Assembly (NCBI GenBank): GCA_047651235.1 | Contig: CP178758.1 | Coordinates: 2,760,001-2,792,000, forward strand | Source: Candidatus Electrothrix yaqonensis | GTDB lineage: Bacteria; Desulfobacterota; Desulfobulbia; Desulfobulbales; Desulfobulbaceae | Direction: 5' to 3' | DNA: 32,000 nucleotides | Shown here: one piece after another, positions 1 through 8,807 of the stretch | Layout of the letters: each line of letters opens with the position of its first letter | Numbering within the stretch: the stretch's first letter is position 1 | The notes under the pieces: model-generated | What the model saw: only the letters and a program-made list of their open reading frames with translations | Told to the model about the DNA's origin: nothing | Database searches by the model: none | Program-made: the position numbers and the translations under genes

Positions 1-30
1 TGTCAGCCTATACAGTGACCTGTCGCCCTG

Positions 31-1065
31 TCAAGTTTCCAGGGAATTTTTTGATTCCTTTTTCGGTTCAACAGGTTTAACGTTTTCGGACGTATCAGGC
101 AGATCAGGAAACAGCACCCGCAGGAGGTACAGTATGCCTCCCAGCAGAGAATAACAGACAGAAATACCGAGAAACAGCAGGGCCAAAGATCTGGTCTGCA
201 GATCACTCATCCCGGCCCAGCCGAAAAAAAACACATAGCCGGCATCACGCAGCCCCAGCCCGAAAATGGAGATCGGCACAGCCTCCAGCAGGGTGATCAG
301 CGGCACAAAGGCGCTGAAATAAAAAAACGGGACCGAGGCATGGAGCGACAGGGCCAGCAGCTGGACAATCACGATCACCGAGAGCTGAAAGGTGAACGAG
401 ATCAGCATGACCCGCAGCAGCAGCCTGCGGTCGGCGCCGTAGCACTGGAACGAAAGAAAAAATTTTTCCGCCAGCCCGACCAGCAGCGGGAAACGGTTCA
501 GTCGGGTGATCTGCAGAAAGATGCGTACCGGTTTTTCTCTGGCCAGCGCCACCAGCACAGTCAGCAGGGTCAGCAGAATCAGGAGTGGGGCGAAAAAAAA
601 GAACAGGTTGTCAAATGCACGGGCCACCAGAACCGAGGAAATCAGACTGAGCAGCACCAGGGCCAGAAAGCCGGAAAAGCGGTCAGCAAAAACGGACGCA
701 GCAGAACGCACCCCGTCCCGGCTCTTTTTGGCGATATCATAAATCCGGTAGGAATCCCCGCCGATGTTGGACGGCAGAAACAGGTTATAAAAGCTGCCGA
801 TCAGATAGGTCATGGTCAGGGTGGGCAAAGGGATATCCACGCTGTCCGCCAGCAGGAACAGCCGCCACTTCAGGGCACTGAGCACCGTATTCAGAAACAG
901 AAGCAGTGAGATGGGCAGAAAATACCGGAAATCAATTTCCAGCAGCAGGTCACGCAGGTCAGCAACAGGAATTTTCCGGTAGAGCAGAAAAATAAGGCTG
1001 CTGCTGAACAGCACCTTAAAGGCGACAAACAGCCTTCTTCTGCTCCTATTGGCTTTTCTGCTCAT
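31..1065 (-). CDS. Multi-pass membrane protein, lysyl-phosphatidylglycerol-synthase-TM / flippase-like (UPF0104-type) family
   Basis: 344-aa ORF with a basic N-terminus followed by about 8 hydrophobic segments. The stretch LKWRLFL...GSFYNLFLPSNIGGDSYRIYD matches this family as I remember it. Overlaps the upstream acyltransferase gene by 4 nt. Confidence 0.6.
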   Translation of the reverse strand: MSRKANRSRRRLFVAFKVLFSSSLIFLLYRKIPVADLRDLLLEIDFRYFLPISLLLFLNTVLSALKWRLFLLADSVDIPLPTLTMTYLIGSFYNLFLPSNIGGDSYRIYDIAKKSRDGVRSAASVFADRFSGFLALVLLSLISSVLVARAFDNLFFFFAPLLILLTLLTVLVALAREKPVRIFLQITRLNRFPLLVGLAEKFFLSFQCYGADRRLLLRVMLISFTFQLSVIVIVQLLALSLHASVPFFYFSAFVPLITLLEAVPISIFGLGLRDAGYVFFFGWAGMSDLQTRSLALLFLGISVCYSLLGGILYLLRVLFPDLPDTSENVKPVEPKKESKNSLET

Positions 1066-1808
1066 GCCTGCGGCTCCGGTTTCCGGCTTCTGACAACCCG
1101 GGCAGGTACGCCGAGAGAAACGGTATAGGCCTCAACCGATCTGGTCAGCACGGCCCCGGACCCGGCCACACTGCCCTTTCCCATGGTTACTCCGCCCAGT
1201 ACGGTCACGTTGCCGCCCAGCCAGATATCCGCTTCCAGCCGGACTCCGCTGTCAGGCCGGATTCCCTGCTCCCGCATGGGAATATCCAGCCGGTCAATAT
1301 GGTAACTGCCCCCGCCGATAAGAAAACAGCGCTGGCCGATGATGCAGTCCGGCCCGATCTCCACCGGACAGTTGGTGGTGGACTGGACAATGGTCTGAGC
1401 GTTCAGGCCGCAGTTGTCACCGATACTGATGCTGCCGTTTTTGCAGGAAAGCATGACGTTATTTGAGAGAATAACATTATCGCCCAAACGGATGGAGACC
1501 GGTTCGCTTGCATGCCGGCCGTCGAGAATGCAGCCCTCGCTGATGACCACAGAATTTCCAAGGTGGAGTCTGCCGGGCTGCCGCAGGACAATATTGGCAG
1601 CAAACATGCAGCCTCTGCCGCAGCTCCCGAACATCCGGGGCCAGAAAATTTTACGCAGCACCATGCCCATAGCGCCGGGAATCGGGCCCAGCAGCAGGCA
1701 CCACTCGTAATATAAAAAGGAAACCAGGGAACGGCTTCCCACCATGATGTCCTGATATTTGGACAAAGGGGAACCGTTCCCGGCAACAGCATTGCGTGTA
1801 TTTTTCAT
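1062..1808 (-). CDS. Left-handed beta-helix (hexapeptide-repeat) acyl/acetyltransferase with hydrophobic N-terminal segment
   Basis: 248-aa ORF with repeated [LIV]-G-x-x-x-x hexapeptide runs (IRLGDNVILSNNVMLS, ISIGDNCGLNAQ, VEIGPDCIIGQRCFL, IWLGGNVTVLGGVTMGKGSVAGSGAVL). Translationally coupled to the downstream membrane protein. Confidence 0.7.
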   Translation of the reverse strand: MKNTRNAVAGNGSPLSKYQDIMVGSRSLVSFLYYEWCLLLGPIPGAMGMVLRKIFWPRMFGSCGRGCMFAANIVLRQPGRLHLGNSVVISEGCILDGRHASEPVSIRLGDNVILSNNVMLSCKNGSISIGDNCGLNAQTIVQSTTNCPVEIGPDCIIGQRCFLIGGGSYHIDRLDIPMREQGIRPDSGVRLEADIWLGGNVTVLGGVTMGKGSVAGSGAVLTRSVEAYTVSLGVPARVVRSRKPEPQA

Positions 1809-1898
1809 CCGTCCGGCCCAGAATTCCGTATTTTGCTCAGCTCAGTGCATCAGCAGCAGGCAGCAACAGTAACATTTTTTCAACATGCTGGCAACCGG

Positions 1899-1927
1899 TT
1901 GACATCTTCGGCAGGACAGCATAGATT
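1899..1927 (+). promoter_or_regulatory. Sigma70-like promoter candidate for the T2SS operon (TTGACA-17 nt-TAGATT)
   Basis: TTGACA at 1899-1904, a 17-nt spacer, then TAGATT at 1922-1927. It lies in the 409-bp divergent intergenic region and would give a ~290-nt leader before gspG. Sequence match only. Confidence 0.3.
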
Positions 1928-2217
1928 GTGTAAATGGATGCAGCGGATGTGCAGCAGATATTGTCGGTCGCTGCCGCTGTTTACATGTACCGAGGAAATA
2001 AGTTGCATCTGCTGCGGCAGAATTTTTTATTGCTCCACCTGAACAGAACGGCATTATTTCATTGGCATTCTGCCGGATTTTTTTATATAGTAGGATGACC
2101 TGCGCGGAGCGCAATGCTGCCCGGCGCAACCTTATATGATAATGATGCAGAATAATAAAAATACTAATTTCAGGGGATCTGTGAGCAGCAGGTTCTGCAG
2201 GACAGAAGGATTCGGCA

Positions 2218-2682
2218 TTGAAAACGCACAACAACAAACTCAGCGGGAAGAAGATTCGAAGAACTGAGGGCTTTACCCTGATCGAGCTCATGGTGGTCAT
2301 CGTTATCCTCGGCATTTTGGCAGGAATGATTGTCCCTAAAATTATGGACCGCCCGGAAGAAGCACGGAGAACTAAAGCTGGAGTAGATATCGGTTCCATC
2401 AGTCAGGCCCTGAAGCTATATAAACTAGACACAGGCAGATATCCCACCACTGAGCAGGGCCTGCAGGCACTGGTCGAACCGCCGTCCACAGGCCAACTGG
2501 CCAAAAACTGGCGGGAAGGCGGCTATCTCGATAAAAGTAGTGTCCCCAAGGACCCGTGGGAAAATGACTATGTCTATATCAGTCCGGGTATGCACGACGA
2601 TTTCGACCTGATGTCCTACGGTGCGGATAATGAGCCCGGGGGCGAAGGAATGGATGCGGATATCAACAGCTGGGAGCAGTAA
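2218..2682 (+). CDS. gspG: Type II secretion major pseudopilin GspG
   Basis: TTG start about 8 nt after AAGGA. Prepilin signature EG|[17 protein letters not shown] with Glu at +5. The C-terminal [13 protein letters not shown]...[23 protein letters not shown] is canonical for GspG. Confidence 0.93.
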   Translation: MKTHNNKLSGKKIRRTEGFTLIELMVVIVILGILAGMIVPKIMDRPEEARRTKAGVDIGSISQALKLYKLDTGRYPTTEQGLQALVEPPSTGQLAKNWREGGYLDKSSVPKDPWENDYVYISPGMHDDFDLMSYGADNEPGGEGMDADINSWEQ

Positions 2683-2710
2683 TTCTTCCCTGAAAGCTGA
2701 CAACCGGCAG

Positions 2711-3322
2711 ATGCGGCGGACCTTCTTCTTGTTTTCGGGAAAAACAGCAGGTGCTGCTTCCAACAGCGCTGAAACGGGCTTCACCCTTCTTGAGCTGATC
2801 GTGGTCATGGTGCTGATCTCTCTGACCGCGACCTTTACTCTTCCCAAGATTCAGTCCAGTCTGTATCCTGATGAACTGCAGGCAGCTGCCCGCCGTTTTG
2901 TCGATATGGTGACTGAAACCGGCCAAGAGGCCCGCTCCAAAAAAACAGCGCTGGAAATCCGTTTTGATACGGCGGACAATATGTTCACGGTCATGCCTGC
3001 TGCTTCTGAAGCGGCGGATGCAGCAGAACTCCGCCTGTCCTTGGCCACAGAAGAGGACAGGGAAAAATTGAACCTGAAACTGAAGATGGGGCTGGATGAA
3101 TCTGTCCAGATGACAGGGATACGTACGGTGCACGGGCAGTCTGATGCTGATGCTTCGGTCATCCGTTTCAGTTCGCGTGGGTATACAGATAAAACCGCTG
3201 TCCATTTTCGGGATGACAACGGAGATGAACTCAGTGTGATGATTTCCCCCTTTCTCGGCGCCACAAGGGTTCTTGAAGGTTATGTCTCTCTTGAGGACGA
3301 CCGTATCACGTTACCGCGTTAA
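2711..3322 (+). CDS. gspH: Type II secretion minor pseudopilin, GspH-like
   Basis: Prepilin N-terminus ETG|FTLLELIVVMVLISL; size and position immediately after gspG. The start is uncertain: ATG 2711 is chosen, and the in-frame ATGs at 2621, 2630 and 2654 would overlap gspG and give implausibly long leaders. Confidence 0.7.
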   Translation: MRRTFFLFSGKTAGAASNSAETGFTLLELIVVMVLISLTATFTLPKIQSSLYPDELQAAARRFVDMVTETGQEARSKKTALEIRFDTADNMFTVMPAASEAADAAELRLSLATEEDREKLNLKLKMGLDESVQMTGIRTVHGQSDADASVIRFSSRGYTDKTAVHFRDDNGDELSVMISPFLGATRVLEGYVSLEDDRITLPR

Positions 3323-3361
3323 ATCAAAAATACGTTAAACCGATATGCAGAGGTCGGAAAA

Positions 3362-3805
3362 ATGAACAGGGCAGGGCTGCCGCATATAGACATGCCGCAG
3401 TCTCTGCAGTCCGGCTTCACCCTGCTTGAGGTCATGATTGCGGTGGCGGTCATTGCCATGTCCCTCGTCGCTCTGCTCGGCTCGCAGTCACAGAGTATTT
3501 CCATTGCCTCGATATCCCGTTTTGAGACAACCGCTTCTATGCTGGCGCGGCAGAAACTGGCTGAACTGCAGATTGAAGATTTTGAAGAACTGAGCAACGG
3601 TTCCGGGGCATTTGAGGATGACTTTGCCGACTACTCCTGGCAGACCGAGGTGACCGAACTGACCGAGGACGACACCGGCATTGAGGGATCAGACGGTCTG
3701 CTGAAGCTGATTGAGCTGCAGGTGAGCCGGGCGGATGACGAAAATATGGTCTTTACGGTGCGCTCCCTGGTTATGGCGAATGTTGCATCGGCTGAGGAAA
3801 AATGA
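3362..3805 (+). CDS. gspI: Type II secretion minor pseudopilin, GspI-like
   Basis: SG|FTLLEVMIAVAVIAMSL prepilin motif, small mature domain, SD-like GAGG upstream of ATG 3362. Position between the H-like and J-like genes. Confidence 0.7.
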   Translation: MNRAGLPHIDMPQSLQSGFTLLEVMIAVAVIAMSLVALLGSQSQSISIASISRFETTASMLARQKLAELQIEDFEELSNGSGAFEDDFADYSWQTEVTELTEDDTGIEGSDGLLKLIELQVSRADDENMVFTVRSLVMANVASAEEK

Positions 3806-4518
3806 TATTCCGGCACCAGCATACTTCCGGTTTCTCCGGTTTCACCCTGCTTGAAATCATGCTGGCCATGCTGGTCCTTGGCATGGTGGTCGCCATGATC
3901 TCGGCTTCCCTGTCAGGGAGCATCAACGTGATGGACGCCACCATGAAGCAGGGAGACGTCTATTATCAGGCGCAGGTGGCCATGGAACGGCTCAGTGCGG
4001 ACCTGGCTTCAGCGCTGCTCACAGAAAATACAGAGTTTATCGGCGGAAGCAGTGATGAGAGCGGCAGTCAGTCCATAGTGCTTTCTTTTGCCTCGCTGGG
4101 ACATCTTGTTTTTGATCCGGAAAACGATCAGCCCGGTATGGGCGTCATCAGCTATGCGGTGCAGCCGGACAGGGAACATGACGGACATTTTCTGCTCCTG
4201 CGCAGTGATGTTCTGTACCGGCCTCAGGAGGAAAACAGGGAACCTCAGGAAACAGAGGCATTCATTCTTTGCGACCGCCTGCGTTCAGTAACTTTTTCTT
4301 TTTTGGATTCACAAGGCGAGGAACAGGAAACCTGGGATACCACCGTCAAAGAAGAGGAAACGAAGGAAGAAGGGGAAACCGAGCGCCGACTGCCTGCTGC
4401 TGTTGTATGCCGTCTGGAATTCTGGGTCGATGAGGAACATTCTGTTCCCTTTCAGACAACTGTGCTTCTGCCTGCAGGCGTTATTCAGCCGGAGCCGGAG
4501 GAGGAGGATGCGGGCTGA
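3802..4518 (+). CDS. gspJ: Type II secretion minor pseudopilin, GspJ-like
   Basis: ATGA overlap with gspI. SG|FTLLEIMLAMLVLGMVV prepilin motif. 238 aa, a size typical of GspJ. Confidence 0.65.
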   Translation: MIFRHQHTSGFSGFTLLEIMLAMLVLGMVVAMISASLSGSINVMDATMKQGDVYYQAQVAMERLSADLASALLTENTEFIGGSSDESGSQSIVLSFASLGHLVFDPENDQPGMGVISYAVQPDREHDGHFLLLRSDVLYRPQEENREPQETEAFILCDRLRSVTFSFLDSQGEEQETWDTTVKEEETKEEGETERRLPAAVVCRLEFWVDEEHSVPFQTTVLLPAGVIQPEPEEEDAG

Positions 4519-5627
4519 TGCCGCGTAACCTATGTAACTTGTCTGACCTGCATGACCGTTCCGGCATGGCTCTGCTCCTGACCCTGCTGGCGGTCAGTTT
4601 TCTTGTTGCCCTGACAGTCCGGCTCGGCACTTCCGTCAATCGGCAGATGCAGGCTGCTGCTGACCAGGGAGCAGCTGTTCAGCTTGACGCCATGCTGCTC
4701 TCCGGACTCAATCTGGCACGGGCATCTCTGCTGGCTGATCAGAAAGAAAATGACTATGATGCGGCATTTGACAGTTGGGGAACTTTCGATACTGAAATGA
4801 TCGGGAGGCTTTTTCCCGACGGTAAGATGAGCATCACGGTGACCGATCTGTCCGGTCTTCTGCAGGCCAATGCACTGGTCTGGACAAAAAAAGAAAAGGA
4901 CCAATGGAAGAAAACGCAAAAAAAGAAAAAGAAAAAAAACAAAGGGAAGAAGACAAAAGACCCGGAAAAAATCCAGCAGGCCCTGTGGAAACGCTTTCTG
5001 CTTCTTGAAAATAATGGTATTGAAGAGACCGGTGAGGATAAGGTGGCCATCATGCTGGACAGCCTTGCCGACTGGCTGGACGAGAATGACGAGGAACGGG
5101 AGAACGGTGCGGAAAAAGGTTATTACAGCAGTCTGGAGCGGCCCTACATCCCGACTGACGGCCCTCTGACCCTGATTGAAGAACTGCAGCTTGTCAAAGG
5201 CTGGGGAAAAAAAAATCTCTACGGCTCAGAGGATGAAACAGGATTTATCGACGATCAGAGTACACCGCGCGGAATCATAAGCTACCTGACTGTCGGCAGG
5301 CAACCGGGCAAAATCAACATTAACACGGCCCCGGCACTGGTTCTCCAGGCCCTGCATGAAGAGATGACCCCGGAACTTGCTGCTGAGCTGGTGAATTTCA
5401 GAAAACAAGAAGAAAATAAAGAGCTGCTTGCTGAAACAGATTGGTATTGGCAGGTTTCCGGTTTTCCAGGTGATATTTCTTTTGATCAGGAGCTGGTCAC
5501 CACGGAGAGCAGCTGTTTCAGAATAACCGTGACTGCCGAGGTCAAAGGATTCCGGCGTACCGGTACGGGTATTATCCGACGCGAGGAAACTCAGGAGCAG
5601 GTGCTGCTCAACTGGAAAGTGGAATGA
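4518..5627 (+). CDS. gspK: Type II secretion minor pseudopilin GspK-like, with a poly-lysine insertion
   Basis: TGATG junction with gspJ. N-terminus SG|MALLLTLLAVSFLVAL lacks Phe+1 and Glu+5, as is usual for GspK. GKININTAPALVLQAL motif. 369 aa. Confidence 0.75.
   Translation: MPRNLCNLSDLHDRSGMALLLTLLAVSFLVALTVRLGTSVNRQMQAAADQGAAVQLDAMLLSGLNLARASLLADQKENDYDAAFDSWGTFDTEMIGRLFPDGKMSITVTDLSGLLQANALVWTKKEKDQWKKTQKKKKKKNKGKKTKDPEKIQQALWKRFLLLENNGIEETGEDKVAIMLDSLADWLDENDEERENGAEKGYYSSLERPYIPTDGPLTLIEELQLVKGWGKKNLYGSEDETGFIDDQSTPRGIISYLTVGRQPGKININTAPALVLQALHEEMTPELAAELVNFRKQEENKELLAETDWYWQVSGFPGDISFDQELVTTESSCFRITVTAEVKGFRRTGTGIIRREETQEQVLLNWKVE
4885..4971 (+). repeat. A-rich low-complexity tract inside gspK (encodes KKEKDQWKKTQKKKKKKNKGKKTKDPEK)
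   Basis: Direct reading shows A7 at 4918-4924 and A8 at 4932-4939, plus several A4-A6 runs. Confidence 0.9.
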
Positions 5628-5769
5628 AATCGTATTTACTCTTCTGTATATCCTGTACGCCCTGCCTGCTCTGTTCACAACGCTGTTTACAACGTGCGGC
5701 CAGTTTTTCAGAGCAACTCCGGGCGTACAGGCTCTGCTGTGAATCGTATGGAGATACCGGCAGGGGATA

Positions 5770-7299
5770 ATGGCACAGCTCTCTTTCGGTATCGATATAA
5801 GCGACAGCCTGTTGAGCGGTGTCGGCGTTGTCCGGGACGGTAAGGATGCCCGAATTACCGCCTGTGCCTTCCGCCGACTCCGGGACGACAGTGAGCTTGA
5901 TGAGGCACTGCCGCTGCTGCTCAAGGAACTGGAGTGGAAGGATGGAAGTGCTTGTGATGTCGGTATATCTCTGTCCTGCCTGAGCCTACGCAATCTTTCC
6001 CTGCCGTTTACCGATAAAAAGAAAATCGATCAGATCCTTCCCTTTGAGCTGGAAGAACAGCTTCTGACGTCTGTTGATCAGCAGATTATTGCTACAGCTC
6101 CTGTTGCCGGGCAGGACAGGCAGGCGAACCGGACGAAGCTGCTGGCTGCTGCAGTTGAAAAGAGTACAGTAGCCCGCTATGTTGCGCTGTTCAACAGTCG
6201 GAATGCAGAACCGGACAGAATCTGCCCGGCCGGTTTTGTCCTGACAGACAGATTCTGCCGGACCGATCGGAAAACAGAGGATTTTCTTGTCCTGTCCTGC
6301 GATCTCTGCTCCATCACAATGATTGCCGTGCATCAGGGAACCGTGGTCTTTATGCGGCGTCTCGCCTATCCCACTGAGGTGTTCACGCATGCATTATTCT
6401 CTTTTGACGGCAGCCGGGTCCGCACGGATGATCCGGACGCGGCGGAGCAGGCGGTCACCGAGGTCTGCAGAGCAGTGGAACACAGCATGGATATTTTCTC
6501 CCTTCATTCTGCACTTACCCTGCAGCCTGACTGTGCCGTACTGTCCGGCCCGATGCAGCTCGGAGAGGGCTTTCAGGAAAAGATTGAAGCGGAACTCGGT
6601 CTGGTCTGCAGAGCATGTGATCTGGTCCGGGACGGAGCAGCAGCCCTTTCTCCGGCCATGACGAAGCAATGGCTGCCTGCCGTCTTTGACCGCCCCCTTG
6701 CCCTTGCCCTGCAGGCCGGGGACAGAAAAAAGACAGTCCCCCTTAATTTCCGCAAAGGCGAGTTTGCTCCGCCGCACCATCTGCTCCGCTCCAAAAAACA
6801 GATTGTACGGGCTGCTCTGGCGGCAGGATGCCTGTTTATCGCGATAACCGGTTACCTGTTTTTTGACTACAGACAGCTGCAGAAAAAATACGACACCCTG
6901 GCCGCTGACCAGGAACAGGTCTTCCGGAAAACCTTTTCCGGCATTGAACCGGGCAGAGATCCGCTGATGCACATGCGGTCCAAACTGAAAGAAATGGATA
7001 CCGGCTCTGTTTCCATGCCTGTCTTCAGTCAGGAAAAGCGTATCCTGGTCGTGCTTGCTGATATTTCCTCCCGAATTCCTTCTTCTCTTGATCTGCATGT
7101 GATACGCCTGATTATTGATCAGGAATCCGTCAAACTCAACGGGACCACAGATGCTTTCAATAATGTCAATACGATCAAAAGCCTGCTGACGGAATCCGAC
7201 CGATATTCGGAGGTCAATATCGTTTCTGCCACCAAGGGAAAAGAGAAAGAAGGCATCCGTTTTGAGATCAGATTGCAGCTTGCAGGAGGAACCTCCTGA
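5770..7299 (+). CDS. gspL: Type II secretion inner-membrane protein GspL-like (PilM-like cytoplasmic domain + TM + periplasmic domain)
   Basis: N-terminal FGIDISDS and ILPFELEEQLL motifs typical of GspL/PilM. Single TM AALAAGCLFIAITGYLFF around residue 350, then a C-terminal periplasmic domain. SD GGGGA before the ATG. Confidence 0.65.
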   Translation: MAQLSFGIDISDSLLSGVGVVRDGKDARITACAFRRLRDDSELDEALPLLLKELEWKDGSACDVGISLSCLSLRNLSLPFTDKKKIDQILPFELEEQLLTSVDQQIIATAPVAGQDRQANRTKLLAAAVEKSTVARYVALFNSRNAEPDRICPAGFVLTDRFCRTDRKTEDFLVLSCDLCSITMIAVHQGTVVFMRRLAYPTEVFTHALFSFDGSRVRTDDPDAAEQAVTEVCRAVEHSMDIFSLHSALTLQPDCAVLSGPMQLGEGFQEKIEAELGLVCRACDLVRDGAAALSPAMTKQWLPAVFDRPLALALQAGDRKKTVPLNFRKGEFAPPHHLLRSKKQIVRAALAAGCLFIAITGYLFFDYRQLQKKYDTLAADQEQVFRKTFSGIEPGRDPLMHMRSKLKEMDTGSVSMPVFSQEKRILVVLADISSRIPSSLDLHVIRLIIDQESVKLNGTTDAFNNVNTIKSLLTESDRYSEVNIVSATKGKEKEGIRFEIRLQLAGGTS

Positions 7300-7841
7300 T
7301 GGCCTCACTGAGCCGGAAAGACCGCAGAGCCCTGTTTATCCTCGGCATTGCTGTGATCGTTTTTGCTGCTGTCCGGTTTATACTCTTCCCGCTCCTGGAT
7401 GAGCGCAAACGGCTGGAACGGGGAATCAGCAGCAAAGAAAACGGACTGACGGAAATGCAGGCAATGCAGAAAAATATCAGCCGACTCAGCCGAAGAAACA
7501 ACACGTTGGGACAGCGTGTCGCCGAACGGCCGGAGAATTTCAGTCTTTTTGCCTTTCTGGAGCAGCAGAGCGCCCGGACCGGGGTAAAGGAAAATATCGC
7601 CTATATGAAGCCCTCTGATCCGACCGGCGAAGGCAGCCTGCAGCAGATCATGGTGGAAATGAAATTCAAAGCCATTCCGCTCAACCGACTGGTGGATTTT
7701 CTGAAGCGGGTTGAATCACCGGAGCATATTGTCGAGCTGCAGCGTATTTCCGTGCAGACCAACAAAAAAGAACGGGGCACCCTTGACGTGATTATGCAGG
7801 TAATCAGCCTGATACAGCAGACTGAAGAGGGCGGCAACTGA
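7299..7841 (+). CDS. gspM: Type II secretion protein GspM-like
   Basis: TGATG junction with gspL. 180 aa with a basic N-terminus, one TM (ALFILGIAVIVFAAVRFILF) and a periplasmic domain. The call rests on topology, size and synteny. Confidence 0.55.
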   Translation: MASLSRKDRRALFILGIAVIVFAAVRFILFPLLDERKRLERGISSKENGLTEMQAMQKNISRLSRRNNTLGQRVAERPENFSLFAFLEQQSARTGVKENIAYMKPSDPTGEGSLQQIMVEMKFKAIPLNRLVDFLKRVESPEHIVELQRISVQTNKKERGTLDVIMQVISLIQQTEEGGN

Positions 7842-7844
7842 ACC

Positions 7845-8807
7845 ATGCTTATGCGGCTGATCAGATTTTCAGGATACCTGCTTTATACCCTGGCGGTTCT
7901 GTGTTTTCTGCTCTGGTATAAATTCCCGTCCGACGCTGTTCTGACCAGAGCGGAAAAGGATCTGAACCGGATGACGCCTTCCCTGCAGTGGGATATAGGG
8001 CGAATCTCCCTGTTGCCTCCCCAGGATATCCTTCTTCGCAATATCAGGATCAGCAGCAAAAGCAGCAAAGAAAAAAACGAACTGCTGTTCACCATACCGT
8101 GGGCCACCCTGCGGCCGAACCTGCTGCACCGGCAGAAAACCGGAGAACTTGCAGCGACATATCGTGTTCGGGCTGCAGGGGGGAAAATCAGCGGTCGCCT
8201 TGCTCTGAACAAAGAACGCTCTGTTCTCAGTTACAGCGGCAATGTTGAACAAATCAGGCTGGATGACAAGAACATCCAGAAGCTGCTTGCAGAATATGAC
8301 CGCACGGTTTCCGGCAGTCTGTCCGGCAGCTTTACCGGGAAAGAACAGCTGGCGGACAGAACCCATACTGTCCGGGCCCGGCTCAGCCTGGATCAGGGCA
8401 GCATCAGCATGCAGGAGCCGGTTCTGGGGTTGGAACAGCTTGACTTTGACCAGCTGACCGGTGATCTGCAGTATGCAGGAGGTACCCTTGCTGTTGAACA
8501 GGGAGAAATGAAGTCCCGCTCTCTTGCGGCAGAGTTTACTCTGGAGATCCGGACCGCTCCTTCTCTTTCTCCTTTTTCCCGCATCAGTCTGAAAGGAACC
8601 CTGATGCCCGAACCCGGATTTATTGCTTCTTTCGGCGGTACCGGGATTGTCGGCATGTTGAGGAAATATCTGCAGCAGAACAAACTGCCCTTTACCATCA
8701 GCGGTCCCCTGAAACATCCGGGCATTGTCTTTACCAAGCTGCCTCCCGGATTAAATCAGCAGCTTCAAGAACTGCAGCAGGTTCAGCAGGGGGGAGAGCA
8801 GCCATGA
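7845..8807 (+). CDS. gspN: Type II secretion protein GspN-like
   Basis: 320 aa with an N-terminal TM (YLLYTLAVLCFLLW) and GxxSGxL-type stretches (GGKISGRLAL, VSGSLSGSFTG). Sits after gspM. The family call is from memory and synteny, so it is weaker. Confidence 0.5.
   Translation: MLMRLIRFSGYLLYTLAVLCFLLWYKFPSDAVLTRAEKDLNRMTPSLQWDIGRISLLPPQDILLRNIRISSKSSKEKNELLFTIPWATLRPNLLHRQKTGELAATYRVRAAGGKISGRLALNKERSVLSYSGNVEQIRLDDKNIQKLLAEYDRTVSGSLSGSFTGKEQLADRTHTVRARLSLDQGSISMQEPVLGLEQLDFDQLTGDLQYAGGTLAVEQGEMKSRSLAAEFTLEIRTAPSLSPFSRISLKGTLMPEPGFIASFGGTGIVGMLRKYLQQNKLPFTISGPLKHPGIVFTKLPPGLNQQLQELQQVQQGGEQP

Noticed and set aside
340-909. 189-aa Gln/His/Arg-rich ORF (+) inside the UPF0104-like membrane protein gene
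   Set aside because: Antisense to a coherent multi-TM protein, and its compositionally odd translation is typical of a shadow frame.
2060-2080. TGGCAT...TGCC resembling a sigma-54 -24/-12 promoter upstream of gspG
   Set aside because: The GG-to-GC spacing does not fit TGGCAC-N5-TTGC; the GC element is displaced and TTGC is absent.
1842-2399. 185-aa minus-strand ORF spanning the divergent intergenic region and the gspG 5' end
   Set aside because: It overlaps the well-supported gspG start and runs through an AT-rich promoter region. It has no motif.
6394-8717. Long minus-strand ORFs (6394-7308, 304 aa; 7869-8717, 282 aa) opposite gspL, gspM and gspN
   Set aside because: They lie antisense within a tightly coupled plus-strand operon. 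They have no recognisable motifs or signal/TM logic and are rich in Arg/Gly/Gln, as expected for reverse frames.
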